From NCBI RefSeq assembly GCF_009765985.1, contig NZ_LMUM01000037.1, positions 572,960-604,912 on the forward strand: a stretch of DNA of 31,953 bases. The letters run 5' to 3'. The stretch is from Acidobacterium sp. S8. GTDB lineage: Bacteria; Acidobacteriota; Terriglobia; Terriglobales; Acidobacteriaceae. Made by a program: the position numbers and the translations under genes. The notes under the pieces were generated by a model that was not told the origin of the DNA, ran no database searches, and worked only from the letters and a program-made list of their open reading frames with translations. This document shows, in pieces, positions 8,603-17,203 of the stretch; position 1 is the first letter of the stretch, and every line of letters begins with the position of its first letter.

Positions 8603-11600
8603 ATGCAAGTTTCTCGCAGAGATTTCATTTGCTCGATGGCTGCAGCAGGTGCGGTCGGGCTCGGAGTGGACGTCCAGCCTCTGATAGCGCAAGCGCGCAC
8701 CCTAAAAACTTCAAAGACAACCCAGACCCGCTCGAACTGCCCGTACTGTTCCGTATGCTGCGGTGTCATTATCCACACAATGACCGATGGGGCAAAGAAT
8801 GTGATCCCTCAGGTTGTGCATGTTGAGGGCGATCCAGATAACCCCATTAACCGTGGCACTCTCTGCCCTAAGGGCGCTTCGCTCCAACAGGATTGCGTGA
8901 ACGAGCGGAGGCTGACCAAGCCTCAGGTGAGACGGCCGGGCAAGTCCGACTGGGAAGACATCTCGTGGAACCAGGCGCTCGATGAGATCACGCGCAAGGT
9001 GAAAACTACACGCGACTCTGGGTTTATGCACCAGGATGAGCAGGGGCGGGTTGTCAACCGATGCGAGAACATCGCGTTTCTTGGCGGCGCCACTGATACG
9101 AATGAATTCTGCTGGACCGTTGTGAAAACAATGGCAGCTTTGGGGGTTGTGCGCCACGAAAACGTGGCGCGTACTTGACACGGCCCTTCGGTTCCCGGTC
9201 TGGGAACCACGTTTGGCCGAGGGGCCATGACTAACAGCTGGAACGACATCGCTAATACCGATGTCATGCTGATCATCGGCGCGAATCCGGCGGAGAACCA
9301 TCCCTGCGGCTTTAAGTGGGCCATTGAAGCAAGGCGGCTGCGCAATGCGCGGATGATCGTCGTTGATCCGCGATTTACACGAACGGCGGCGACGGCAGAC
9401 TTCCACGTGCCGATCCGGGCGGGCAGTGATCTTGCCTTTGTCGGCGGATTGATTCGCTACGCCATCGAGAACAATCTCTATGCACGCGAATATGTGCTCA
9501 ACTACACGAACGCGTCTTTCCTCGTGAACGAGGACTTTCATTGTGCGGACGAGGGTCTCTTTTCCGGATTCGATGCGGCGAAGTCGAACTACGATCAGAC
9601 CACCTGGAACTACCAGCCGAAGTCAGGAGCCGGGACGCCGGGCCACCTGCCGGAAAATGTCGCGGCCGACCCTACCCTGCAGAACACACATTGCGTATTT
9701 CAACTTCTGCGCCAGCAGTATTCACGTTATACGCTGGAGATGGTCGAACGAATCACCGGCGTTCCTCAGGCTAAGTTTGCGCGGGTTGCGGAAGAGTTTG
9801 CAGGGATACGCCGCAACGGCGACATGACCAGAACCGGCACTCTCATCTATTCGCTGGGCTGGACGCACCACTCCATCGGCACGCAGATCATTCGCTCCGG
9901 AGCTATTCTTCAGCTCCTCCTCGGCAACATTGGACGTCCGGGCGGAGGCGTAAATGCGTTGCGGGGACACGCTAATGTACAGGGAGCAACGGACCTCGCC
10001 ATCTCCTGGGACAGCTTGCCAGGTTATCTGAAGCCGCCGACCGCTGGCGACGACAACTTCGCCACCTGGATGAAACGCACGACTCCTACCCCTTCCAAGC
10101 CGAGCGAATGGCAGTCAATGAACTATTGGGCCAACACTCCTCGATTTGCCGTTTCCCTCCAGAAGGCTCTCTATGGTCCTGCCGCGACGGCGGCGAACGA
10201 ATGGGCTTACGATTACATGCCCAAGCGCCCGGATGGGCGCGGCTGGTGGGCGATTTCGGAAGAGACGGTGAAAGGCAAGGTAAAGGGCGCATTCTGCTTT
10301 GGCATGAACGCACTCGCGCTGGCACCATCGGTGGATCGTACCCTCGCCGCCTTGAGTCGGCTCGACTGGCTTGTGGTCTGCGAGATTTTTCCGGATGAAA
10401 CCAGTGAGTTCTGGCGTGCCCCAGGCATCACGGCGGAGCAACAGGCGAAGATCGACACCACTGTATATCGCCTGCCGGGAGCCGGTTTCTCCGAAAAGTC
10501 GGGGACGATGGTCAATTCATCCCGTCTGCTGCAGTGGAGAGACGCTGCGACCCCACCGCTCGGCGATGCGCGAATCGATTTAGAGATTCTGGCGCAGATA
10601 TTCTGGCAGGTGCGCCGGTTGTACAAGACCGAAGACGGCGCTTTCCCGGACCCGATTCTGAATCTTTCGTGGGATTACGAGGACCCGGAGCGGCCGAGCG
10701 CCGAAGAACTAGCTAAAGAATTGAACGGACGGGCGCTTGCACCCGTGACCGAAGGAGGCAGCACGCTCCCGGCAGGATCACAATTGCCGGGTTTCGCCTG
10801 GCTCCGCGACGATGGCTCTACTGCATGCGGATGCTGGATCTACTGTGGCTCGTGGCCGGAAGGGGGTGCCCTGACGAAGCGGCGCGGCACGGAAGATCCG
10901 TCAGGCATGGGAATTCATCCGAACTGGGCCTGGAGCTGGCCGATGAACCGTCGTAATTTGTATAACCGTGCTTCTTGCGATCCGCAGGGGAAGCCTTGGG
11001 ATCCAGGACGAGCCCCGGTGTGGTGGGATGAATCGGCGGGTCGATGGAAGGGTCATGATGTCCCCGACTTCATGGTGACCTCCGCGCCTAAAGAGCACAT
11101 GGGACCCTTTATCATGGCTAACGAGGGAGTCGGCCGTCTCTTCGCGCCGCTGCCGTCACTGGTAGATGGACCATTCCCAGAGCATTATGAACCCATCGAG
11201 AGCCTGGTGGAAAATGCTCTTCACCCGGCTGTACCGACCAATCCCCTTGGCAAGAAAGTAGAGACATCCTTCGACAAATTCGGCACAGCCGCCGAGGGCT
11301 ATACGGCGGTCGCCTTCACCATGCGTCTCACCGAAACCTATCACTTCTGGACCAAGAATAACCCTGCCAACGTTCAGTTGGTGCCGGAACCGTTCGCCGA
11401 GATCAATGAGCAGATGGCACGGGAGCTTGGGATCGACGGCGGCGATTTCATCCGCATCTCCAGTGCACGCGGCGCGCACATTTGCAAGGCAATGGTCACC
11501 AAGAGGCTCCCGGCGCTCCAGGTGAACGGAAAACATGTGTATCAGGTCGGCATTCCTTTTAGTTGGGGATTCCGCGGAATTGCTGAAGACGCCGGACGAA

Positions 11601-11710
11601 CTTCGCGCACTCTCGTCAATCTGATCACGCCAACCAGCTACGACGCCAATACGCGAACCCCTGAGTACAAGACATTTCTCGTAAAGGTCGAAAAGGTTGA
11701 CAAACTATGA
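8603..11710 (+). CDS. fdnG: Formate dehydrogenase (FDH-N/O type) catalytic alpha subunit, Tat-exported, selenocysteine-containing (UGA 9176-9178 recoded)
   Basis: GGAGG lies upstream of the ATG. Twin-arginine signal MQVSRRDFICSMAAAGAVGLGV and an N-terminal FeS motif CPYCSVCCG. ORFs 8603-9178 and 9227-11710 are in the same frame, and the only interruption is TGA 9176-9178. Reading through gives VART-U-HGPSVPGLGTTFGRGAMTNSWNDI, which matches the conserved ARVUHGPTV...TFGRGAMTN active-site block of E. coli FdnG/FdoG. The rest shows molybdopterin oxidoreductase domains. Confidence 0.92.
9179..9220 (+). promoter_or_regulatory. Bacterial SECIS element directly downstream of the fdnG UGA
   Basis: There is a perfect 7-bp hairpin GGTTCCC-GGTCT-GGGAACC at 9190-9208. 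The loop GGTC starts 19 nt after the UGA. A possible lower stem is GGCC (9182-9185) with GGCC (9216-9219). The loop sequence and spacing match the E. coli fdhF SECIS as I recall it (CACGGCCCAUCGGUUGCAGGUCUGCACC). Confidence 0.75.
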
Positions 11711-12606
11711 GCGCAGAATCACGTCGCATCCAGAGGATCTCCGCGCACGCTGGACCCGTGCCGGGCACAGGAACCGTCCGCGAGGAAAAAGTCGCCAAGC
11801 TCATCGATGTGACCACTTGCATCGGCTGCAGAGCATGCGAGATTGCATGCCAGGAGTGGAACGATCTCCCCTTTGCCGATACGGTCTTTCAAAACAACCA
11901 CCAGACCATGCCGGATACATCTTGGAATCTATGGACGTTAATCAAGATGAACGAGGTCGAGCACGAAGACGGAACACTGCAATGGCTCCTGCGAAAGCAA
12001 GGCTGTATGCATTGCGCCGATCCAGGATGCCTGGCGGCCTGTCCGGCAGAGGGTGCCATCGTCCAGTACGAAAACGGGATCGTTGATTTCGATCACGACA
12101 AATGCATCGGGTGCCAGTACTGCACAATCGGTTGCCCGTTCAACGTGCCGAAGTTCAATCCGGCGACGAAGAAAGTCTTCAAGTGTTCTCTTTGTTCCGA
12201 CCGCGTGGAGAATGGCCTTGAGCCGGCTTGTATTAAGTCCTGTCCCACCGGGTGTCTGCAGTTCGGAGCAAAAGAAGAGATGCTTCACGTCGCCCACAAG
12301 AGAGCGGAGCAGTTGCGAGACCACTTCGGATACGAGAACGCCGGGGTTTATGATCCTCCGGGTGTTGGGGGTACCGGCGTGATCTATGTCCTGCACGACG
12401 TGACCCGTCCAGAGCAGTACGGTGGTTTGCCGAAAGATCCTCGAGTCCCGGCCACCATCGGCCTGTGGAAAAGCCCGCTGAAGTGGCTGGGCAACCTGGC
12501 GATGGTAGGCGGCTTGGTCGGGATGATTGCTCACTTCTTCCTCTTCGGCCCGAAGACTGATCCCGGCGACGAAGAGAGTCATGGCACGGAGAAGCCCGAT
12601 GATTAA
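11707..12606 (+). CDS. fdnH: Formate dehydrogenase iron-sulfur beta subunit (4x[4Fe-4S], C-terminal TM anchor)
   Basis: Ferredoxin-type Cys clusters (CIGCRACEIAC, CMHCADPGCLAAC, CIGCQYCTIGC, CSLCSDR...C) and a C-terminal hydrophobic helix (LGNLAMVGGLVGMIAHFFLF). The 299 aa length is comparable to E. coli FdnH. The ATG overlaps the fdnG stop (ATGA). Confidence 0.9.
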   Translation: MSAESRRIQRISAHAGPVPGTGTVREEKVAKLIDVTTCIGCRACEIACQEWNDLPFADTVFQNNHQTMPDTSWNLWTLIKMNEVEHEDGTLQWLLRKQGCMHCADPGCLAACPAEGAIVQYENGIVDFDHDKCIGCQYCTIGCPFNVPKFNPATKKVFKCSLCSDRVENGLEPACIKSCPTGCLQFGAKEEMLHVAHKRAEQLRDHFGYENAGVYDPPGVGGTGVIYVLHDVTRPEQYGGLPKDPRVPATIGLWKSPLKWLGNLAMVGGLVGMIAHFFLFGPKTDPGDEESHGTEKPDD

Positions 12607-13258
12607 AATCCGGTGGCGCAAATTAGATCCGGAGCATGTTCGTCGCTATACGTTTCACGAACGTGCCGTTCATCTCATTGTTGCGGTCAGTTGCGTCTAC
12701 CTGGTCTTGAGCGGATTGGCCCTGCATACTCCTTTTCTCTTCTGGATGTCGACGGTCCTGGGCGGCCCGGCCTCGATGCGCCTTTTTCACCCGGTTTTGG
12801 GAGTGTTCTATTTTGTATTCCTCGTCTATATGTGGTGGATGTGGCGGCGCGACCTGCGTTTTAACCAGGCTGACAAAGGCTGGATGCTAAACATGGAAGC
12901 GTACATCACCAACCATGACGACGACCTGCCGCCGATTGACCGCTGGAACGCTGGCCAGAAGATCTTCTTCTGGATGATGATGACATCGGGTGTAGGCTTG
13001 GTGATTTCGGGCATGGTCCTGTGGTGGCCCGAGTACGTACCCTGGAATCTGCAATGGATCAAGTTCCTCGCGATCATCCTTCATGCTGCTTGCGCCTTTG
13101 TCAGCATCGGCGGGCTGATGATCCACCTCTACATGGGAATCTTTCTTGTGAAGGGCGGGTTCGGCCAGATCGTCACGGGGGAAGTTACGCGAGCCTGGGC
13201 GTACCATCATCACCGTCTCTGGCTCGTCCGGGTCACAAAGGAACATACCGATGGCTAG
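12599..13258 (+). CDS. fdnI: Formate dehydrogenase cytochrome b556 gamma subunit
   Basis: Start set at ATG 12599 (MIKIRW...), which overlaps the fdnH stop in ATGATTAA. That gives 219 aa with four predicted TM helices and conserved His residues (FHERAVHL, ILHAA, HLYMG), similar in size to E. coli FdnI. The track start at 12527 lies inside fdnH. Confidence 0.85.
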   Translation: MIKIRWRKLDPEHVRRYTFHERAVHLIVAVSCVYLVLSGLALHTPFLFWMSTVLGGPASMRLFHPVLGVFYFVFLVYMWWMWRRDLRFNQADKGWMLNMEAYITNHDDDLPPIDRWNAGQKIFFWMMMTSGVGLVISGMVLWWPEYVPWNLQWIKFLAIILHAACAFVSIGGLMIHLYMGIFLVKGGFGQIVTGEVTRAWAYHHHRLWLVRVTKEHTDG

Positions 13259-14045
13259 CTGTCTCAATCCTGTATGGCGTTCTGCGCGGGGACAACGAAT
13301 CTGGGCCGACTACCGTGAGCGCGCGGAGAAACTGAATGCTGAGACGGTGAACCCGCTGCTGGCCAGGTACATTGAGCTGGTTTCGCTCCAGGCGAGACTC
13401 AGTTCCATCCTGATCGAGACACTGGATGTTCCCCACACGGATAGCGATTGCGCTCTTCTCAGCTATTTCAATGGAGAAGCACTTCGTCCACTCCTCGCGC
13501 TCGCCGCGCGCGAGGTGAGCGCGAAGGGGAAGATGGAGCCGCCGGAGGAATCGCTGAATCTGCTTGAAGATCTGTGGAATCAGGTAGAGGAGTTCCAGTA
13601 CCCCCGGGATTTTGCGGCGCGGCTTGCCTTGGAAGTCTTTGCCACTGAGATTTCCGTCGTGCCCCACAGGGAGATGGAAACAACACCGGATCGCTGCCCG
13701 CATTGCGGCTTTCCTATCCTCTGTTCGATCGCGCGAGAAGAGGGCCTGGGCACTCGGCGGTCGGCTCTGTGCTCTCTTTGCTCAAGCGAATGGGCGGTTT
13801 CGCGTCTTGGATGTCTGCGCTGCGGAGAGCAGGGAGCGTCCAGGCTCCCGGTTTTCAGCTTCGATGCCTGGGCGCATATCCGAGTCGAGGCATGTGATTC
13901 ATGCGGCGGCTATCTGAAATCCATCGATATGACAGAGGACGCCGAAGCGCTGCCCGTACCTGATGACGTCGCTTCGAGCGCGGTCAATATCTGGGCCTTC
14001 GAGCAAGGTTATCAGGCCATTGGGAGACATTTCTTCAATTTGTAA
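13251..14045 (+). CDS. fdhE: Formate dehydrogenase accessory/maturation protein FdhE
   Basis: Four CxxC pairs in the C-terminal half (CPHCG, CSLCS, CLRCG, CDSCGGYLK) match the FdhE rubredoxin-like arrangement. It lies directly after fdnI, with an 8-nt overlap. Confidence 0.85.
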   Translation: MASCLNPVWRSARGQRIWADYRERAEKLNAETVNPLLARYIELVSLQARLSSILIETLDVPHTDSDCALLSYFNGEALRPLLALAAREVSAKGKMEPPEESLNLLEDLWNQVEEFQYPRDFAARLALEVFATEISVVPHREMETTPDRCPHCGFPILCSIAREEGLGTRRSALCSLCSSEWAVSRLGCLRCGEQGASRLPVFSFDAWAHIRVEACDSCGGYLKSIDMTEDAEALPVPDDVASSAVNIWAFEQGYQAIGRHFFNL

Positions 14046-14188
14046 GTGCCGGCGTAAAGATTTTTATTCTCCCCTTTTGCATAAGTCTTATAGCTTCATC
14101 CCACGCTCGATTCATCGATGTTATTGAGTCAATTTAGAAGCCCAGTCGAGCGGCACATCAGTGCGCTCCGCTAGAATGGCTCTGCGCA

Positions 14189-15130
14189 ATGAGCGAGCTG
14201 ATCAAAGCCGCCAAGATGTTCGCCAATAGCGGTCACCAGCGGATCGCCGTAGAGCGCAATCCAGCACTGCAAAGCCACGAGGCCCATCTAAAGTCCGTAG
14301 CCCAAATCGTTTCATCCGCCAGTGGGGATGAACAAATGATTGCCGCTGCGTGGCTGCACGATATTGTGGAAGACACCGGGGTCACGATTGATGACGTGGA
14401 GCGGCAATTTGGTGTTCAGGTCGCGAAGCTTGTTTACGAAGTCACCGTTGTCAGCGACCCTGCGCGTGGTCATCGCGCCGCCAGCTTTGCACTTTCCAAA
14501 CAGCATTTCGCCAAGGTTTCTGATGCCGCAAAGACGGTAAAACTAGCTGATCTCATCGACACTAGTCGAGACCTCTACAAGAACGACTGGGCAATGTTCC
14601 GCACATACGCGGCAGAAGCGAATGAGCTGGCGCTTGTGCTTAACGGAGGCAATACTAGGCTTCTAACGAGACTGAAACGCGATCTGAATAAGTACGCTTC
14701 CAGCACTCAACCTGCCAGGTCAAGCCCACAGATGCCACAATCGCGGCGTTTTGAAATTCCCATCGCGACCTTGCGAGTGCTGGAGGACTCATTCACCGCG
14801 CAAGATATTACTCAACCTTTGATCACTTTTGATTCAAACCGCACGGCGACCGAGATTCTCGAAGCAATGACCGTAGCTGGCATTGAAGTCGCGGGACTCC
14901 AGCGAGATGGAACCCAATGGGGATTTGTGGAGATTGCCAGCTTGAGTAAGGGTGTTGGTAAAAGCTGGGGACGGGAGTTTGCGGCTAGCCAATTGCTTTA
15001 TACAACAAGCACCTTCACGGATGTCATTGAAGTTCTGACACGACATGATTGGTGCTTTGTGACGGAACTAGGGAATGTTATCGGAGCAATCTCGCGAATT
15101 GATATACAAAAGCCGGTAGGGCGAATGTAG
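14189..15130 (+). CDS. HD-domain (RelA/SpoT-type (p)ppGpp hydrolase-like, HD_4) protein with a C-terminal CBS pair; ends at an in-frame TAG that may be secondary
   Basis: N-terminal HxxxHLxxV...AAAWLHDIVEDTGVTIDDVERQFG...V..LV.EVT is the RSH hydrolase/small alarmone hydrolase signature (HD plus ED). The C-terminal ~120 aa resemble two CBS motifs (FTAQDITQPLITFDSNRTATEILEAMTVAGIEVAGL... and ...FTDVIEVLTRHDWCFVTELGNVIGAISRIDIQK). Confidence 0.7.
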   Translation: MSELIKAAKMFANSGHQRIAVERNPALQSHEAHLKSVAQIVSSASGDEQMIAAAWLHDIVEDTGVTIDDVERQFGVQVAKLVYEVTVVSDPARGHRAASFALSKQHFAKVSDAAKTVKLADLIDTSRDLYKNDWAMFRTYAAEANELALVLNGGNTRLLTRLKRDLNKYASSTQPARSSPQMPQSRRFEIPIATLRVLEDSFTAQDITQPLITFDSNRTATEILEAMTVAGIEVAGLQRDGTQWGFVEIASLSKGVGKSWGREFAASQLLYTTSTFTDVIEVLTRHDWCFVTELGNVIGAISRIDIQKPVGRM

Positions 15131-15214
15131 CTATTCGGAATTCTCACCTTTACGGAGCTTGAGTTTACAGAACGAATTAGACGGAAATGGACTGGCGAGA
15201 GTTGGAGCAGGCTC

Positions 15215-15511
15215 TTGTCGCAGCAAAGAATGGACAAAGCCAGACAGCTCCTCGCCGAACGTGAACGTCGTAAGGAGAAGTGCCATCTGATCGATTGTCT
15301 TCAGTTAGCCGACAAGATAGAGATCCTCATTGCAGATCCGTCAGAATTGGCTGCTATCGGCATTCCCAGTCAGAGTCTGGCGCGGCGAGTCGGCAGGCAG
15401 ATTGAGAGTTTACGTAACAGCCTGGCGCATGCGCAAAGCTTTGTTGAGCAGGATTGGCCGCAAATCGTCCGCTTGACCAGGCGCATTCACAAGATGTCGC
15501 ATGACTTGTAG
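15215..15511 (+). CDS. HEPN-like (Rx4H) domain fragment, in frame with and probably the C-terminus of the upstream HD-CBS protein
   Basis: It is in the same frame as 14189-15130, and TAG 15128-15130 is the only stop between them. 15215 is a TTG; the first ATG is at 15230 and I see no SD. It contains LRNSLAH (R at 15413-15415, H at 15428-15430), which is the HEPN Rx4-6H nuclease motif. The LIDCLQLADKIEIL block resembles Swt1-like HEPN domains found C-terminal to CBS pairs, but this is from recollection and was not searched. Confidence 0.5.
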   Translation: MSQQRMDKARQLLAERERRKEKCHLIDCLQLADKIEILIADPSELAAIGIPSQSLARRVGRQIESLRNSLAHAQSFVEQDWPQIVRLTRRIHKMSHDL

Positions 15512-15813
15512 TTGAACCGAACCTCGGAAGATCGGCTGGTTTTGGATGTCACAGCTTTGGTCCGATTTACCGGGAGTCACGAGCGACCCCCATTACAAAT
15601 CCGGGTTGGGTCCGATTCCGCAATTGTCATTTGTCAATGGGGGGTATATGATATGCTCCATTAGGCCCCATAAGGGTGCCATCTGCGGGATAAGCTGTTG
15701 ATTCAAAACAGCGTTGATTGCAGCATCATATTGCCGCCTTTTCTTGCATTTGATCGGCTGTATGCCGTTCCCCTTGATAACAAAATAGCGATTAGCTTCT
15801 ATATCTCTCTCTA

Positions 15814-16140
15814 TTGGTTACCAATATGGAATCAAAGACAAAGCCTTGGCTAAGGCCCCCCTATCGTAGCCGGGAAAGTGATGGCCTGTCCGGCATGGCA
15901 ACAGCGAAAATCAATCTCAGGCAGAGTGCACATGACCCCGGTCGCAATGAATACGACGTTCAAGTGTTCGGAGATGACTTCCAATCTCAAGTGAAGGGCG
16001 GCTCGTACCAATCGCTTGAGGATGTGTTCGACATTGCATTCAAAGATCGATTGACCAAAGCTGCCAAATTACGAATCCAAAGCTTTCTCGATGCAGGTTT
16101 AGAGGCGCGCTCGAATCTTGCCGAAGACTATAAAGCGTGA
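15814..16140 (+). CDS. Hypothetical small protein (orphan)
   Basis: It is the only sizeable ORF in a ~1 kb gap. 15814 is TTG and the first ATG is at 15826 (MESKTKPW...). I see no obvious SD and recognise no motifs. The composition is plausible for a soluble protein. Confidence 0.35.
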   Translation: MVTNMESKTKPWLRPPYRSRESDGLSGMATAKINLRQSAHDPGRNEYDVQVFGDDFQSQVKGGSYQSLEDVFDIAFKDRLTKAAKLRIQSFLDAGLEARSNLAEDYKA

Positions 16141-16507
16141 TACGAAGCAGTCCCGGCCGATTAGTTAGCGTTGCAATGAGGTGCGGCATGCCGTAACCGT
16201 CAATACGGCTTTCCACGGAACCTTAGTCCCGGCCAGTTCGTTTCCCAGGTCGGTGCTCTACTAGGTGCTGCATTGTGATAAACCACTTATTCCACTCCGG
16301 GTCAGTTGTCTGTACTCAACGAATTTCACGCTTCAAGGTGCCCGCCTGTAGAGTCGGTCCGAACAATTTCGCCCCCGCGCAATTGTTGGGAGGAGCATCG
16401 TCGACGACGAGCACAAGCTCTCTTTAGCCATGTTCGATCATCTTTCAGCTTCCCAACCTACTTCCGTTCGAGGGCGAACTGGATTCTGGATTTGAGATAA
16501 TTCCGAA

Positions 16508-17203
16508 CTACTTGATCGGGTGCGTAGCAAAATATTGCTCCAGGCCGGCGGCCACATCATTCGCGGCCAACTGAACATTCCTGTCTAGAGCCGCGACCAC
16601 ATCCGGAACAGTCTTTGCACTTACCGGCTCATCGTGCGTGTAATACCGTCGCCACACTGTTGCGCCGGTTTGCGTATCACTCAATTCGAGATCCATCGTA
16701 AGTCTCGCTACCAGGTTGCTGCCGGAATCATGTTCCGCAAACTCATATAAGCGTCCGTGTAGAGCGTAATCGCCGCCGGCCTTTCCTTCGGGGGTATAAA
16801 CACCCGAGTAGTGCCCGGAAGCCCTCAATTCCCCGAGGAAAACCCCCTGGATCAGCTCTGAAGGAGGCCCTACCCACCGCTCGTATTCATAGGTCCCCAT
16901 CTGTTGGTTGCCGACACTGTAGACGAGGCGCCTGTCGCGATAAAGGGTCGAAGCCAGCAGCCGTCGAACTACGATCGTCACGGGCACTGGCGGCGTCGTT
17001 GTTGCCGGAGCGATCACGCCAGGGAGACTAAGTTGGTAGTACTTGATCGGACGCGACGCCCCGCCACAGCCGCTGAGAATTCCAAATGCCGCGACAGCCA
17101 GCGCTGCTCCCGACCTTCGGCCGATTCGTCGACGCATGGCTACCATTGTTCCCCTTGGATTACTCTTACGATCTGCCTTGATATCGGCGTTCACGACGAT
17201 CAT
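16508..17203 (-). CDS. ABC-type transport auxiliary lipoprotein (PqiC/DUF330-like) of the Mla/Mce system
   Basis: Lipoprotein signal with lipobox (AALAVAAFGILSGCGG) followed by the YYQL motif typical of this family. It is the last gene of the mla-like operon. ATG 17203 shares an ATGA overlap with the MCE gene stop; the alternative start ATG 17146 (MVAMRRR...) gives a more natural signal peptide. Confidence 0.7.
   Translation of the reverse strand: MIVVNADIKADRKSNPRGTMVAMRRRIGRRSGAALAVAAFGILSGCGGASRPIKYYQLSLPGVIAPATTTPPVPVTIVVRRLLASTLYRDRRLVYSVGNQQMGTYEYERWVGPPSELIQGVFLGELRASGHYSGVYTPEGKAGGDYALHGRLYEFAEHDSGSNLVARLTMDLELSDTQTGATVWRRYYTHDEPVSAKTVPDVVAALDRNVQLAANDVAAGLEQYFATHPIK

Noticed and set aside
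8272-8778. 168-aa minus-strand ORF spanning the selD start, tRNA-Sec and the fdnG start.
   Set aside because: It overlaps a well-folding tRNA-Sec gene and two motif-supported CDS ends, and I recognise no motifs in it.
8711-9541. 276-aa minus-strand ORF, representative of a class. Similar long antisense ORFs are at 7592-8317 (+), 11938-12621 (-), 21619-22473 (-), 2242-2757 (-), 1441-2055 (-), 12887-13267 (-) and 13233-13703 (-).
   Set aside because: Each lies wholly antisense to, or out of frame with, a gene that has strong family motifs (fdnG, selD, fdnH, nhaA, porin, fdnI, fdhE). Their Arg/Ser/Cys/His-rich, low-complexity composition is typical of spurious frames in GC-rich DNA.
15128-15130. 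The possibility that the TAG in the HD-CBS/HEPN junction encodes pyrrolysine.
   Set aside because: No pyl genes are visible in this window, and pyrrolysine usage is unlikely in this kind of bacterium. A TGG to TAG mutation or a sequencing error is more parsimonious.
16306-16500. 64-aa plus-strand ORF downstream of the orphan gene.
   Set aside because: It starts at a non-ATG codon, is Arg/Ser/Pro-rich, and has no SD or motifs. I treat it as non-coding.
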